A stretch of 64,000 nt of DNA, from positions 20,026,001 to 20,090,000 of the forward strand of contig NC_043005.1 of the NCBI RefSeq assembly GCF_006345805.1, read 5' to 3'. How positions within the stretch are numbered: the stretch's first letter is position 1; the number at the start of each line of letters is the position of its first letter. The stretch is from Octopus sinensis (taxonomy: Eukaryota). Shown here piece after piece: positions 1 through 14,381 of this stretch. Position numbers and translations under genes: made by a program. Below the pieces are notes generated by a model. That model worked only from the letters and a program-made list of their open reading frames with translations. It had not been told where the DNA came from and did not search any database.

Positions 1-228
1 GAAACAGATTTTTTGTGGCTGGATGCCTTTTCTGTCACTAACCCTTCCTGTTAGCAAGCAAGGTAATATTTATTGATGACCAAACATGTTTCTATTGAAT
101 ATTGCAAAATGAATGACACTGCTTATATGGCAACGATACACATTTACAACTATCATGTGACATAATGACAGGGAGACACAAGCATACATACACTCTTACA
201 CACATATATATATATACACACATACATC

Positions 229-985
229 TAGGAACAGGAGATTGCCACATAGTACCAGGTGAAAAAGAGAGACAGTGACGCTCTTGTAATCCCAAGGTGC
301 AACTACATGTGTAGGCTATGTCATGTTTCTGTGGAAGACATCACACATGTGATTAGCAGCTGCCCTAAAATGTCACCATGGTACTACTTCCCTATGCGGC
401 ATGATGTTGTTGCTAAAACAATTTACAATGCCCTCCACAAAAAAGGGTGTCCTGAAATAAACTTAGAAAATCCTTCTGTTATGGAGTACATTCATAAACA
501 CCAACTCAAGGAATACTGGGGGAATATTCCCATCAAAACTTCTGTCAAATATAAACATAACAGTTTGGATATTGTTTTTTGAGACATAGGGGCAAAGGTA
601 TGTACCATCATAGTGGTCAGCTGCCTGCAGATATAAATATTTCTTTGAAAAGCAAAGAAAAAGAGGATATCTATGGACAACTGCTTCAAAACCTCCATAT
701 GAATTCATATTCATACCAATAACAATTGGAGCACTAGGCTTTGTTAGTAAATGCTTAAAGGAGAATCTGGATAAACTGGAATTTTCAGAAAGAGAAACTG
801 ATTGGTTGATTCATACATTACAAGTGCAATCTGTGAGTGGAACAGTAAAAATATGCAAGACTTTTCTCAAGTTCCACATGTGAATATGTCTGTGTTAGCT
901 ACATCTCAAAGATGGAACCTTGTATCTTTGTTGGAAACCGGCTCCCTCCTCAGTGGAAAATTTATAATAATTAAAAAATAGAAGA
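229..985 (+). mobile_element. 3' part of an R4/Dong-type non-LTR retrotransposon (zinc knuckle + restriction-like endonuclease), degenerate
   Basis: Reads EQEIAT*..CRLCHVSVEDITHVISSCPKMSPWYYFPMRHDVVAK (CCHC + RHD), then KHNSLDIVF (PD-like motif) and a C-terminal GALGFVSKCLKENL..KICKTFLKF. Stops and frameshifts are present. Ends in (CATA)n. Confidence 0.8.
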
Positions 986-993
986 GACATACA

Positions 994-1042
<49 letters not shown>

Positions 1043-1045
<3 letters not shown>

Positions 1046-1210
1046 TGAATAAATGAAAGAATGGAGTCGAACGAAGATGTTAACAAAATTCCTTACTCTC
1101 AACACATGTTTCGAAGACGGCATACTTTTATTCCGAAGGAATAAAGGGTGAATTTGCTACCCAGGTATCGGTTAAACGAATTTTCCATGCTAGGATAATT
1201 AATTCACTTA
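1043..1210 (-). mobile_element. Probable PLE terminal-repeat remnant
   Basis: Minus strand has cgaaacatgtgttgag and shares catggaaaattc..ggtagcaaattcac with 47055-47100. Lies between TA microsatellites. Confidence 0.4.
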
Positions 1211-1253
<43 letters not shown>

Positions 1254-2159
1254 CAGTCTTCTTTCCATTTCCACATACCAGATCCACTCACAAGGTTTTG
1301 GTCAACCTGGGGCTGTAGCAAGGTACCTTGCAATGAAACTGAACCCAAAACCAAACTTCTTCACCACACATCCATGCTTGCAATATATATATTAGTTAGT
1401 CATTGAATTCAACTCTTATGAATATATAATGGTACAATAAACAATTTTCTGAATTTATAAAGGAAGAATTAGACATTTCTTTGAACTCACAGCTGTAACT
1501 TCATTCACACCGAATGCCTTCTGCAAATACTCCTTCCTTTCTTATGAAGTCACTTTTATCAGAATAGTTTTATTGTGATAGCGTCACAATTATTCCTCTT
1601 GATGCTGTTGTTGTCATTATTGTGTTATCTGTTTCATTTTGTTACACTTCAGCATTTGATATTGTTCTCACTCTTTTATTATCCCTCAGTTTAGAGTCGC
1701 TGTATCTGCAACTGAGAAACCATTCCTCTGGGTCTGTTCTTCACTTTGTAGAAACTGCTTTTGTCTTTATTGTTTATTGCTTTTCAATCACATGTCTGTA
1801 TATTCATATGGATGGTATCTCTGCCTATTATTTGGTCTGTATGTCAGCCAGCTAGTGTGTCTGTCTGTCAGTCTTTCTGTCTCTCTCTATATTTCTATAC
1901 ATTTCTAGACATCTCAATCAGTAAAAACGGAAATGAAATGATGTGAAAGCGCTTAAAGGTCTATGACTCAAATATTTTGTTTACATTTCTGCTATTGTTT
2001 ATATTGTTTTTCTTACTTCTTTAATTTGTCATGGTGATGAGGGTGATACAATAGTTCAAGGGATGGGAGGATCTCTGTGGTTAATTAGAAGAAAGGTAAG
2101 TTATATAATATATACCTGCCAAAGTTATACAGACCTGTTATATCATCATCATCATCATC

Positions 2160-2194
<35 letters not shown>

Positions 2195-2382
2195 TTACAA
2201 AGTGACTCAATGGCACTAAACAAACTGGTTTCAAATTATGAGAAAACTTCAAAGACCAACTAAAATGGTCATTCGGCCCTTGTGCCATTAACATCTGCCA
2301 AATTAAATAAAAGAATTTACATATTAGTGCTTGTATTACCAATCATATATATATACATATATATATAAACATATATATAACC

Positions 2383-2760
2383 AGTATGGCTGTATGGTAA
2401 GAACTTTGCTTCCCAACCACATTATTCACGGTTTCAGTCCCACTATGTAGCACATAGGCCAAGTGTCTTTTACTATAGCCTCAGGCTGACCAAAGCCTTG
2501 TGAGTGGATTTGGTTAATACAAACTGAAAGACAATTGCATATGTGTGTGTGTGTGTGTCCCACCATTGCTTGACATCTGGTGTCAGTGTATTTACATCCC
2601 TGTAACTTAGCAGTTTGTCAAAAGAGACCAATAGAATAAGTACTTGGGTTAGGAAGAAAATAAGTACTAGGGTCAATTACTTCAACTAAAATTCCTCAAG
2701 GCTGTGCCCCAGCATGGCCACAGCCTAATGACTGAAATAAAAATATAAAAGATAAAAGAT
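2383..2760 (+). mobile_element. tRNA-derived SINE (CORE-like family, multi-copy in window)
   Basis: Same head, core and tail as 14945-15372, 53346-53750 and 59480-59842 (ggttcagtcccactg..ggcaagtgtctt..gaccaaagccttgtgagtggatt..cagcatggcc..gactgaaa). Confidence 0.85.
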
Positions 2761-3467
2761 ATATGAAAATGCTGATGGTAGGTTTAATGAAATGTCATTA
2801 CGGAAAAAATCTGGAAAGTAGCAGATAAATTGCCTCCTGATATTTCATGACATAGCATAATATTTTATTACATAAATAATATTAAATGGTATATATGTAT
2901 GTAAAGAACATATCAGGATGGGAAAATATCTCTGATAATCATCTGAATGAGAACTGAACCTCTTATCATTTGGTGAAATATAGTTTGTGTATATAGAGGT
3001 TGCTACATTACTAAAATGTATACCCTCATGTGTCAGATGTTGTTAGGCATCAGTATATGCAGAAACAATATGGGGTTGAGGTTTATAAAATAGTACCAGC
3101 TGTGTATTAGGTTAATTTTAGTCAAGGAGAGGGTAAAGTGTGTATTGATAAATTCAATGTATATATACACACATACTGATACATATAAATAAATGCTATG
3201 TGTATATACATACACACATACATATACTTATATACATACAAATTATATATATATACACACACACATACATACACATGTATACACACATTATCAACTAGAT
3301 GTAATTGTTTTCCCAAATAAATTGCACTTCCTGTTTAAGGCTCTGATAAAGCTATAAGGTGCTACTCAAGCACTCATCTATGAATCCACCACATTTTATA
3401 GCAAAAACAACTAGAAGCTAATGAAATTTATAAGATAATTGTTTATTCCTTTGTTGTATCATTTTTT

Positions 3468-3510
<43 letters not shown>

Positions 3511-3513
<3 letters not shown>

Positions 3514-4803
3514 CTATGATGCAAATGATCTTATGGTCTGCAATATTAACTTCAGAAAACCTGCCAGTCATCTAGTCACCTACCGCTCTGGCAGACACAC
3601 TAGTCAAATTGACTACATCCACACCAGAAAAAGGGAAAGATGGCTGCTTATAAATGTCAAAACCTTCCCTGGCGAAGAATGTACCCCACAACATAGACTG
3701 GTAGTTAGTGATTTCAGGATCAGGGCTAAATGGATACCCAGAAGATGACCAGCAAGGAGAAGAAGGGTCTGGAGACTTAAAGATCCAGCAAACGGACAGA
3801 GATTTAGAGACATATTAACCGAAGCCTTTGACGAAATAGAAGGGGATATAGCTTCACACGATATAGAAGACAACTGGAGGTTTCTATGGGACAACCTGCT
3901 AAGGGCCACTGATCAGATCTGTGGATGGTGCAAAGTCCCCTCTCGACCCAAAATAACGTGGTGATGGAACAATGTTGTAGACAGGGCTATTAGAGAAAAG
4001 AAACAAGCTTGGAAGGACTGGAAGAACGGTGGTAGCAGGGAATTGTATCAGACTGCCAGAAGGGAAGCTAGGAGGCAGGTTTATTTAGCCAGAGGGGAAG
4101 CAGATAGGAAAAAATTTGCCAATGTTCTGCACCGTGAGGACCAAAGACTTGAGGTATTTCGTGTTGCAAGACAGTGTGTAAGAGAGAATCGTGATGTTGT
4201 AGAAGAGAAATGTGTTCACATGGATGATGGCTCACTTGCACTAAATGAGGCTGCATAGAGAGAGGTTTGGAGATGCCACTATGAAAGGTTGCTGAATAAA
4301 GAAAATGACTGGGAGAAAGAGAGTCTGCTGAATGTTGACCCAACAGAGGGACCAGCTATTCGAGTTGACGGTACCTTGGTAGATAAAGCAATTAAGAGTA
4401 TGAAGACAGGGAAAGCCCCCGGCCCATCAGGAACTACTGCAGAGATGCTCAAAATATCTGGTAGTGTCGGCTATAGCCTAGTCACCCGTATAGTTAACCA
4501 GGTGATATTCGAAAGAGTCATACCCAATGACTGGTGTAGCAGCATAATAGTCAACTGCCACAAAGGTAAAGGGGACGCTTTAGGTACAAATAATTACAGA
4601 GGTATCAAGCTGTTGGATCAAGTAATGAAGGTCACGGAGAGGGTCATAGCCCAACTAATTAGGGAGAGAGTCAGTTTGGATGAGATGCAATTTGGTCTCG
4701 TGCCAGGGAAAAGCACCACTGATGCTATATTCCTGGTAAGACAGCTGCAGGAGTGGTTGGCATTAGGAAAGCAGACGTTAAACGATGATGATGATGATGA
4801 TGA
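3511..4803 (+). mobile_element. RTE-clade LINE fragment: end of APE endonuclease, linker and start of RT, fused to a truncated 3' tail
   Basis: TYRSGRHTSQIDYI..EECTPQHRLVVSDF (APE C-terminus); KAPGPSG, NYRGIKLL and QFGLVPGKSTTDAIFLVRQLQE (RT N-terminal motifs). Several stops. Ends in (GAT)n. Confidence 0.9.
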
Positions 4804-4823
4804 CATACACATATACATATATA

Positions 4824-5271
4824 TAGGAAGACATGGATGAAGTGGTGAACCATGACCTTTGAATGTTGGGCCTCACAGAGGCAATGACAAAAGACTGAGA
4901 CCTCTGGAGATATGCTGTAACTGAGAAGATCCAGCAAATAAAGTGAGCTCACAGCAGTAACCTACACCAATGTCACATAACCAACCCACTCAAAAGTACC
5001 TTGGATCATACCGTGCTTGAGGAGACCTATTGAGTCAAGTACACCAAAACCAAAATCAAATGGAAATTGTTGTTGTGAACCCTGTGCTGGTGGCACGTAA
5101 AAAGCATTCACTACACTCTTGGAGTGGTTAGCGTTAGGAAGGGCATCCAGCTGTAGAAACACTGCCAGATTAGACTGGAGCCTGGTGCAGCCTCCTGGCT
5201 TCCCAGACCCTAATTGAACCGTCCAATCCATGCTAGCATGGAAAACGGCCGTTAAACGATGATGATGATGA
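4824..5271 (+). mobile_element. 5'-truncated RTE 3' end (ORF2 C-terminus + 3' UTR + (GAT)n tail)
   Basis: Begins RKTWxEVV-like and ends gcatggaaaacggccgttaaacgatgatgatg. The tail is shared with many copies in the window. Confidence 0.8.
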
Positions 5272-5815
5272 TATATATACATATATATAAGGACTTATAC
5301 ATTTTATATATGTATGTATGTTTGTACATATGTATGTATGCAAGGCTCCTGCATGACTGTGTCCATAATGGCTGACACAAATTAAAGCATACACACACAC
5401 ACACACACATATGCTCATGCACACAAGTGTACATACAAACACACACACACACACACATGCACATGCACACAAGCATACATAGAAAAACACACACACACAC
5501 ACACACACAATCACACAGGTTTTTTTTGTTATCTATAGATCTTTTACTAACTCCTGCCAGCCATCTGTGGCCATGCTTATTTAGTCTCACTGCATAAATG
5601 TAAACCACAGGAGTTTATGTAATTGAAAATGGCAGATCATCTGACTTGCTTTTCATGTCTTAAGGTTAATCAGGAATCACTTGGCTTACTTCTTAATTTG
5701 AGAATGATAGATCTCAAAGCATATAGACCAGTATATAATAGTGTATCAGTATTGGGATAAAAAAAAACCCTTTGGATAGAAAAAGTCAAAGGCTACCTCA
5801 GAAAGAACTATATAC

Positions 5816-5900
<85 letters not shown>

Positions 5901-6330
5901 TATATATACATACATACATACATACAACATACATACATACATACATACATACATACATACACACACACATAAATTACTATATATATTATATATATAAATC
6001 CCAAAACAGAATAAAAACATAATGGACAACAATTATGTTATATCTATACACATGTGTATATAGATATTTGTATATCTACTTTATATATATATACATATAC
6101 TTGTACACACATATGTATATGTATATATGTGTGTGTGTTTGTGTGTGTATGTGTGTGTGTGTGTATGATATATATATATATATTGCATTTGTATAAACAC
6201 TTTCTATTGTAAAGAATAAGATGACAGACACAGGAATTTGGAGACAATCAAAGAGACAAAGATATGCACACACATGCTACACACACATATATATATATAC
6301 ACACACATATATACACACACATATATATAC

Positions 6331-6361
<31 letters not shown>

Positions 6362-6366
6362 CATAC

Positions 6367-6468
<102 letters not shown>

Positions 6469-6649
6469 GTGTGTGTGTGTGTGTGTCTACACATACATAT
6501 AGTATGTATTATATGAGTATAAGAAATAAGAAATGGGTCATGCTGAAAACCTGTCAGTCTTTATAAATCTCTATTGATGTCATCAGTCTTTATTTCTCTA
6601 ATCTCGTTATTTCGACATGTCAGCATTGGCTAATTGATTTATTGTTCAG

Positions 6650-6721
6650 TTGTAGAAGTGAATTCATTCAACTAGCTTCCTACCAATTTCTGCTACAGTG
6701 TGTGGAATACCAGCAGAATAA
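6650..6721 (+). CDS. Candidate internal exon (CRSEFIQLASYQFLLQCVEYQQN), unidentified gene
   Basis: ttgttcag acceptor, open frame, phase 2-2, weak GTCTAC donor. Phase-compatible with 13600-13625. Confidence 0.2.
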
Positions 6722-7097
6722 GTCTACTAATTAAACTACTCTACTTCTTAGCTCCCATCATTATACCTACATATAATTGCTACGTTTTTGAGTTCTGACA
6801 CAGAGGACATTGCTTATTTGCTTTTCTTTTCTTTTTAATTTGCTTTACTGGTTTCAGTCATTGGACTGCAACCATGCTGAGACAGCATCTGGAAGGTTAT
6901 TATTTGATAATGTATGGACTTTAATTCTTATGTCAGTCCATTACTTGCTTTTACATATGTGTATTTATTGAATATCTAACTAAACTTTTTTTGACATGAT
7001 ACCAATAACCATAAATGCTAGAATGTGCACATGTGCACATACATACATTCATACATACATACACACATATATTTGTATATATATATATATATATATT

Positions 7098-7472
7098 TTC
7101 TTCTATTCTTTTACTTGTTTCAGTCATTTGACTGCGGCCATGCTGGAGCACAGGCTTATTAGTTGAAGAAATCAACCCTAGGACTTATTCTTTGTCGCCT
7201 GGTACTTATTCTATCAGTCTCTTTTGCTGAACCACTAAGTTATGGAGAGACAAATGCACCAACATCAATTGTCAAGTGGTGGTGGAGAGAACAAACACAG
7301 ACACAAGGACACACACATAAATATATACATATATACAACAGGCTTCTTTTCACTTTTCATCTACCAACTCTACTCACAAGGTTTTGGTTGGCTAAAGACC
7401 ATAGTAAAAGACACTTGTCCAAGGTGTCACGCAGTGGGACTGAACCCAGAACCACGTTGTTGGGAAGAGAGA
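7098..7472 (-). mobile_element. tRNA-derived SINE (CORE-like family)
   Basis: Reverse complement of the family at 14945-15372. Confidence 0.85.
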
Positions 7473-7519
7473 ACAAAGATGTTGCTGTACACTCTCACTC
7501 TTGCATGCTTACAATTTCT

Positions 7520-7895
7520 ACTTACAATCTGTTGATCAACATTTTGGCTACAGTAAATCCAGAACCCAAAACCAGATGTTTCCAAGCTGGTCATGTTGCT
7601 ACAACTTGTAGTGTGGTTTTGGACAAGTCTAGGGCATTCGTTCATGATATGGGCAATGGTTTCATCAACTCTATTACAGATGTGGCACAGTGAAGACACT
7701 TGCTCGCTCCTAAGGTTGACCCTCCAGTTCATGGCCAAAACTTGGTCTTGCACTGCCAGTATAGTGCTCTTGGTCTCCCTTTTTTAGTATTCCTTTCTTA
7801 AGCCAATCCCACCTATGCTTTCCAGCAACTTCTGTTGTGGCAACATGGAATTTATTGTGTAGTCCCTTCTTGCATAATTCTTCTTTATGTCCTAT
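7520..7895 (-). mobile_element. R4/Dong-type LINE internal fragment
   Basis: Minus strand QDQVLAMN..SSLCHICNRVDETIAHIMNECPRLVQ (CCHC knuckle), preceded by LHNKF..WDWLKKGILKK. Abuts (ATT)n. Confidence 0.75.
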
Positions 7896-7912
7896 TATTA
7901 TTTTTATTATTA

Positions 7913-7982
<70 letters not shown>

Positions 7983-8432
7983 TATTCTGCTAGGCAAAAT
8001 GCTTTGCGACAGTTCATCTGTCTTTATGTTCTGAGTTCAAATTTTTTTCTTTTTTATTCATTCAGAATACATAACAGACCCTAACTCACAGAAGTGTCAT
8101 TTCCTCTCCTTCCTTCTTCTCCTACTACTACTACAACAGCATCTGCTCTTCTGAACTTGTTAGCTGTATGCCTTCTCTCTACTCAAGTATTCCTAATCAA
8201 TTTGTCTCCCTTCTTTCCATCCCCTTTACTACTTTCCACCTAGGCAATCCTCACTAGAACTGATACCTTCTTGCGCTTCTGCTCTCTGTGTTGATTTTCC
8301 TCCAGATGCTGGCTTAAGTGGCAGTTTAACTAACCATCAACTTCTTCAACCTTGCTAATCTGACAGTGAGGTCTGCAATGGCCATGAAACTGCTTCATCT
8401 TTTCTTAACTTACATATTTATATTATATATAA

Positions 8433-8550
<118 letters not shown>

Positions 8551-8900
8551 GGCAGATAGACAGACAAACGGGAGAGAGAGAGAGATAATATATATATAAT
8601 GAGACCATAATCAAATGTTGATTGCTGATTGCAACAATTTTACTTTGTTTATTTCTGCCAATAGTGTGTGTGTGTGTGTGTTACATATGGCGGTGAGAAT
8701 GGTGGTTTCCTAATGGTGTGAAATGCAATTAAGTGATAGTACCGTTAGGTAAAGTAGAATATTATTTATTCAAATCCAAACCCGTGAAAGTTGCTAATCA
8801 GAGTTTCTTATTCTTGATCTTGAGATGACTAAAAGACTGCTAACAAGAATCTCCAAGTAGCAACTGATGCACACACAGATTTGAATAATAACTAAATAAA

Positions 8901-8943
<43 letters not shown>

Positions 8944-9325
8944 CTGGCCTCCGTGCTTTGGGGACGTAAAAACACCATCCGATCGTGGCCGTCCGCCAGC
9001 CTCATCTGGCACCTGTGTCGGTGGCACATAAAAACACCATCCGAGCGTGGCCGTCTGCCAGCCTCGTCTGGCACCTGTGTCGGTGGCACATAAAAACACC
9101 ATCCGAGCGTGGCCGTTCGCCAGCCTCGTCTGGCACCTGTGTCGGTGGCACATAAAATCACCCACTACACTCTCGGAGTGGTTGGCGTTAGGAGGGCATC
9201 CAGCTGTAGAAACACTGCCAGATCTGACTGGCCTGGTGCAGCCTTCGGGCTCCCCAGACCCCAGTTGAACCGTCCAACAATTAGCATGAAAAAGGACGCT
9301 AAATGATGATGATGATGATGATGAT
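8944..9325 (+). mobile_element. RTE-type 3' tail copy containing three tandem 62-bp units (8967-9152)
   Basis: Unit taaaaacaccatccgagcgtggccgtctgccagcctcgtctggcacctgtgtcggtggcaca starts at 8967, 9029 and 9091, followed by the common tail and (GAT)n. Confidence 0.85.
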
Positions 9326-9579
9326 GATATATATATATATATGACTGTGTAGCTAGGACTTTTGGCTTCAGAAAATATATAGCATGACCGTATACAGGAA
9401 TCAATAAAAAAAGATTACATACATACACACATACATATATACATATACATATATATAATTTTAATCCAAACGAGAAAACAAAAAAACAACAACAGTGGAA
9501 CAATTACAGTATTATTATTAATAGGCGCTCAGGAAATATGGAAGCAGGAAGGTATTATATATACACCTATGAATATGTA

Positions 9580-10066
9580 TGTACATCCTATGACTGGCAC
9601 CCGGCCGTTGCCAGTGCCGCTGGACTGACTCCTGTGCAGGTGGCAAGTAAAGAAACACTGTTTCGATCCTGTGCTTGAGGAGACCTATTGAGTCAAGTAC
9701 ATCAACATCAAAAATCAATGGAAATTGTAGCCGTGATCCCTGTGCCGGTGGCACGTAAAAAGCACCATCCGAATGTGGCCGATGCCAGCGCCGCCTTGAC
9801 TGGCTTCCGTACCGGTGGCACTAAAAAGCACTAACCAATCGTGGCCGTTGCCAGCCTCACCTGGCACCTGTGCCTGTGGCACATAAAAAGCACCCACTAC
9901 ACTCACGGAGGGGTTGGTGTTAAGAAGGGCATCCAGCTGTAGAAACACTGCCAGATCAGACTGGAACCTGGTGCAGCTTTCTGGCTTCCCAGACCCCGGT
10001 CTAACCGTCCAACCCATGCTAGCATGGAAAACGGATGTTAAATGATGATGATAATGATAATGATGA
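9580..10066 (+). mobile_element. RTE-type 3' tail copy
   Basis: Shares gtgcttgaggagacctattgagtcaagtac and the terminal tail with 5012-5270. Confidence 0.8.
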
Positions 10067-10469
10067 TACATGCTTGATGAAAATGAAGATGCTGGAAAAT
10101 ACATCTCATTAAAACTAAAAGAAGGATGCTGCATCTCTTACCCATCATCATCATTTAACATTCGTGTTGTATATGCATATATATATATATAAATGCAGAA
10201 AACAAAGCAGGTTAATTTAAATCAATTCATTCTTTCCTTGTTAATTAATCTTCGTAATTTTACTCAATGTTCATCACAGTCTTTATGTCTTCATCCTACA
10301 AATATTTACATATAAACATGACTACATTATTTGTATGCATGTACATTAGAACATAAGACAATGCATTGATTTCTAAATACTTTGTTATATTTCATATCTT
10401 TTAAAGGCATATGAATAACAAATGTGTGTGGTGTGTGTGTGTGTGTGTGTCAATTTGCTGAAACGTCAA

Positions 10470-10752
10470 GCTAAGTAAATTCCCTGTCTTCCATACATCC
10501 AGGTTTGTCCTTTCCAGTGCCGGTGCCACTTAAAAAGCAACAATGCTGGTGCTGCATTAATGCACTTGTGCCGGTGACATGTAAAAGGCACCCAGCACAC
10601 TTTGTTGAGTGGTTGGCATTAGGAAGGGCATCCAGCCATAGAAACCATGCCACAATAGGCAACTGGTGTCTGAACAGCTCCCTGCTAGCCAGTTCCATGT
10701 CAAACCGTCCAACCCGTGCCAGCATGGAGAGTGAACATTAAACTGATGATGA
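10470..10752 (+). mobile_element. RTE-type 3' tail variant
   Basis: gagtggttggcattaggaagggcatccagcc...gccagcatggag..aactgatgatgat. Confidence 0.65.
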
Positions 10753-10753
10753 T

Positions 10754-10787
<34 letters not shown>

Positions 10788-11309
10788 GTGTGTGTGTGTG
10801 TGTGGTGTGTGTGTGTGTGTGTATGTATATATATATATATGTACATATATGTATATATATATTATAAATAAGTGTGGGTATGGCTGTATGGACAAGGAAT
10901 TTGCTTTGTATCTATATGGATTACGTTTCTATACCACTTTCTGGAATCCTGGGCAAGTACCTTCTATAACCTCAGGCCAACCAATAACATATGAGGTCTG
11001 TGATACATGGAAAATTCTGGCACCTCAAACAAAGAAAAGCAAATGAAGTTTTTGTGAGTTTTTCATTGGCTGAAATGGCTCTTTCATAATTAATTGTTCT
11101 GTTTATATATCTATCTTTCTATACATGTAAATGTTTGTGTGTATATATGTATGTGTATATATGTGTGTGTGTGTCTGTGTGTAAGCATGTCTGTATGTGT
11201 ATGCAAATGAATACATATGTGTGTGAGTATATAGTTATTTACATATAAGTGTGTGTATGCATGTGTGTGTAGGTATATTTACTGCTAAGTCTACTGTCTC
11301 TGCATCTCA

Positions 11310-12240
11310 TGCATTTTGAAACCCTCTCAACCTCTTAGCACTCATTTTTCTCTCACCCTCTCTCATTCATCCTCTATCAACCTACTGTTACTACCACCCC
11401 ACAACCTTGACACCATCTCGCTTCCCTTTACCTTCACTTATATGCCATCCTTATTCATTGATAAGGAATCCCCTACTACCATACTCATCACTCGACTCCT
11501 CCTACCCAATACACTCTCATCTCCCTATCACTCACTTTCCTGTTACCCTTATCTGTCACTGGTGTGGGGCCAACCTAACACATATCCCAACCACCACCAT
11601 CCTTACCGTTCAACCTTCCCTGTTCTTCATCTCAAGGTTTATTGTATAAGGGATCACATAATATTGGGCTTACTCTTCTCATTATGCTTTACCCTCTTTT
11701 TTACTTCCCTCCTATATTGCCAATCATCTTTTCTTGCTCCTTTTCACCCACACATCCTGGTTCTTCCTCTGTCATCAACGCATCTCCTGGGTCATGTTGC
11801 CTTCTGTCATCACACTATCTTCTTGTTCACATTCCTTGATTGTATATCTGTCTTCGATTACTGTGTACCCTTATCACTCATCTCTCTTAGAGTTGTCATT
11901 CATGCCTATATCTGTTTTACATTCCTCTCAATTTGTTGAGAGATTAGTGTGCAAGTGGACACGGGTCAAGAGGCCCTTTTAGTCAGGTCATGGACATGAC
12001 TACCCTCTAGTGCAGATGCTTGAAAAAGAAAAACACTCTGTACTTCTGTAAAGTGGTTGGCACTTGGAAGAAGAATATCCAACTGTAGAAACCAAGCTAA
12101 AAATGAAACTCATGAGCAAGGTGCAGTCCTCCATTTTGTCTGAATGAGCAGGTCCCCCAACATTCGTTGACACTGGCTTGAAACACCTGTCCAGTCAAAG
12201 CCACCATGGAAAGTGGATGTAAAATGATGATGGTGATGAA
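11310..12240 (+). repeat. Pyrimidine-rich interspersed repeat ending in an RTE-like tail
   Basis: C/T-skewed block followed by ggaagaagaatatcc..gccaccatggaaagtggatgtaaaatgatgatg. A similarly skewed reverse block lies at 18.8-19.25 kb. Confidence 0.4.
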
Positions 12241-12720
12241 GTTTATATATCACACAGACACAGGCACACATACATATATGAGAGTGAGATAGAGAACACT
12301 GGTGATCTATTAGTGAAGGGGATGGATGGATTACAAAAGCAATGAGGGAGTTAAATAGAATAATTGTGGGTGTTACTAAATGTAACAGAGAGTAAAAGTG
12401 AGCTGTCTAGGAAATGCAGCTTGTAGAGTATGTATGTATGTATATATCCATGAAATGAGGTAGGCAGCTAATACAGTGTGGTAATTAGCATTGCAAAAGG
12501 TTCGTAGTTCAGGAGTTACCTGTTACCACCATCATTCACCATGCTATTACCTCCACTGCAGCCTCCTAACCACATCCACCATTCTATTACTATCTTTTCA
12601 ACCTCATGTTAACAACCGCCTGCTCTACAACCATGACTATCATCACCTCTAAAAAAAGGCTAGAAAAAGAAAAATTACTCAACTTTAGCATTTAGATTAA
12701 TTTCCAAATGTGTGTGTGTA

Positions 12721-12759
<39 letters not shown>

Positions 12760-13599
12760 AGAAAAGAGAAGGAGAGAGAGACTTTGCATAATATAATCAT
12801 CTGACCAAACTAATTGGTCTTCCTATAAAACAGCCTCCAGCTATATGAAGTATATATGTGTGTGTATGTGTGTCAAAGGTTGAGTGAATCTATTGTACAA
12901 TTGATTGTGACTTCATACCAGCTGCTAAGAACACCAGATGAAAGCTTTACTTAATGCCTATAAGCTGATGCATCTGAAACATACATACATACAGACAGCC
13001 ATACAGATAGAGTGGGATAAATAGAGAGATTGACAGATAGATAATCTATGTATACATTTATATATGCACATACACACACACACACACCACACACACACCT
13101 ATACATGAGCATTATTAACCCGTATTTCTTTTACCCATCTCTCACTTCCTTTCTCTGTCACTCTTCATTCTCTCTCTCTCTTCTCTCTCTCTCTCTCTCT
13201 CTTCTAGTCTTTTTCAACCAATCATTCCTTTGTTTTATTTATTTTATTGCTTATTTTTTACATTTTGTTCCACTTTTCCCCTTCAACCAGAAAACATTAT
13301 TGGTGGTCCTATTGATACACAGTATCCATATCTGAAATTAAAAGGATTAAGAAAAATATTTAATTATATCTTGTCCACTCTGCTTGACCGTTAACAGGCC
13401 CTGCAGTCATCCAATGATTGCTGTTGTAAAAGGATGCAACCATGGCTCTGGAGCTTAAAAAACCGTGTTGAAATTTCATGGTTGTAGGTTTGATCCTGCT
13501 ACACAGCACCTTGGGTAAAGTACTCTGCCATAGATTTGGGTCCGTCAAAGCTTTGGAAACTATGTGGAAACCCATCAAAAGGATATTTCCTGCTTTTAG

Positions 13600-13625
13600 A
13601 GATAGACTGGCATGCCCTTACTCCG
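13600..13625 (+). CDS. Candidate micro-exon (DRLACPYS)
   Basis: tatttcctgcttttag acceptor, ccg|gtacca donor, phase 2-1. Joins in frame to 24226. Confidence 0.2.
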
Positions 13626-14381
13626 GTACCAGAATTCTAACCTGAGTATAACTTTCTTCCTTTTCAACACAAGTCTTGGAATCCTGAAAATGACTGCAGC
13701 ACTGCTCTTCACTATCTCTCTAAATGATTATTAATTATTGTTTTTAATATATTGTTAATAGAAATATTGTATAATTAAGTAATATTTGTTAGCTCTCAGT
13801 GCCAAGTTTAATTCTAGTTAGTTGCCTAGAGAAAGTAATAAGGAATCAAACCTCTAATAATTGGCCACTGTTTACTAATCATCTTGATCCATCTGCACCC
13901 TGACATCTGGTTTCTGATTCTAATAACAAGCTGTTGTTTAGTCCTATATCAGTTCCAATCAAGCAGACTGATGATTGAAAGTGTTCCAACTGTGAAAATC
14001 CCATCATAGTTATCTAGGACAACATTATCAAATGCGTACTTTCTTCTGTTTTTTTTTATCTCACCTTTTTGGCTGAATAAAATTTTATGGGAAGTTGTCT
14101 TTCTACAAATTAAACTTTCTTCTTTTTTTTATATCTTAACTGTAAATAGGTATGTGATTACTATAATTTGTTTGATTGAGGAGAATTACTATCTGGTCCC
14201 AGAAGAGGAGTGTGTTGTATCTGTTTAAAGTGAGAATCCTGTCCTTAGAAATTTATGAGACAGATTTTATTGTTTAGGAGGTGATAAAGACTTCATCTAT
14301 TTAATTCTAGCAATAAGCTGTAAGTACATATATACACATATGAATGTGTGTAGTGACAATGGTTTGTTTGTATATATATAT

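Noticed and set aside
2040-2102. Strong donor aag|gtaagt with an open upstream frame
   Set aside because: No convincing acceptor, and its phase does not join the candidate exon chain.
8967-9152. Regular repeats as a CRISPR-like array
   Set aside because: Contiguous tandem units with no unique spacers, in eukaryotic retroelement context; the same applies to 19652-19755.
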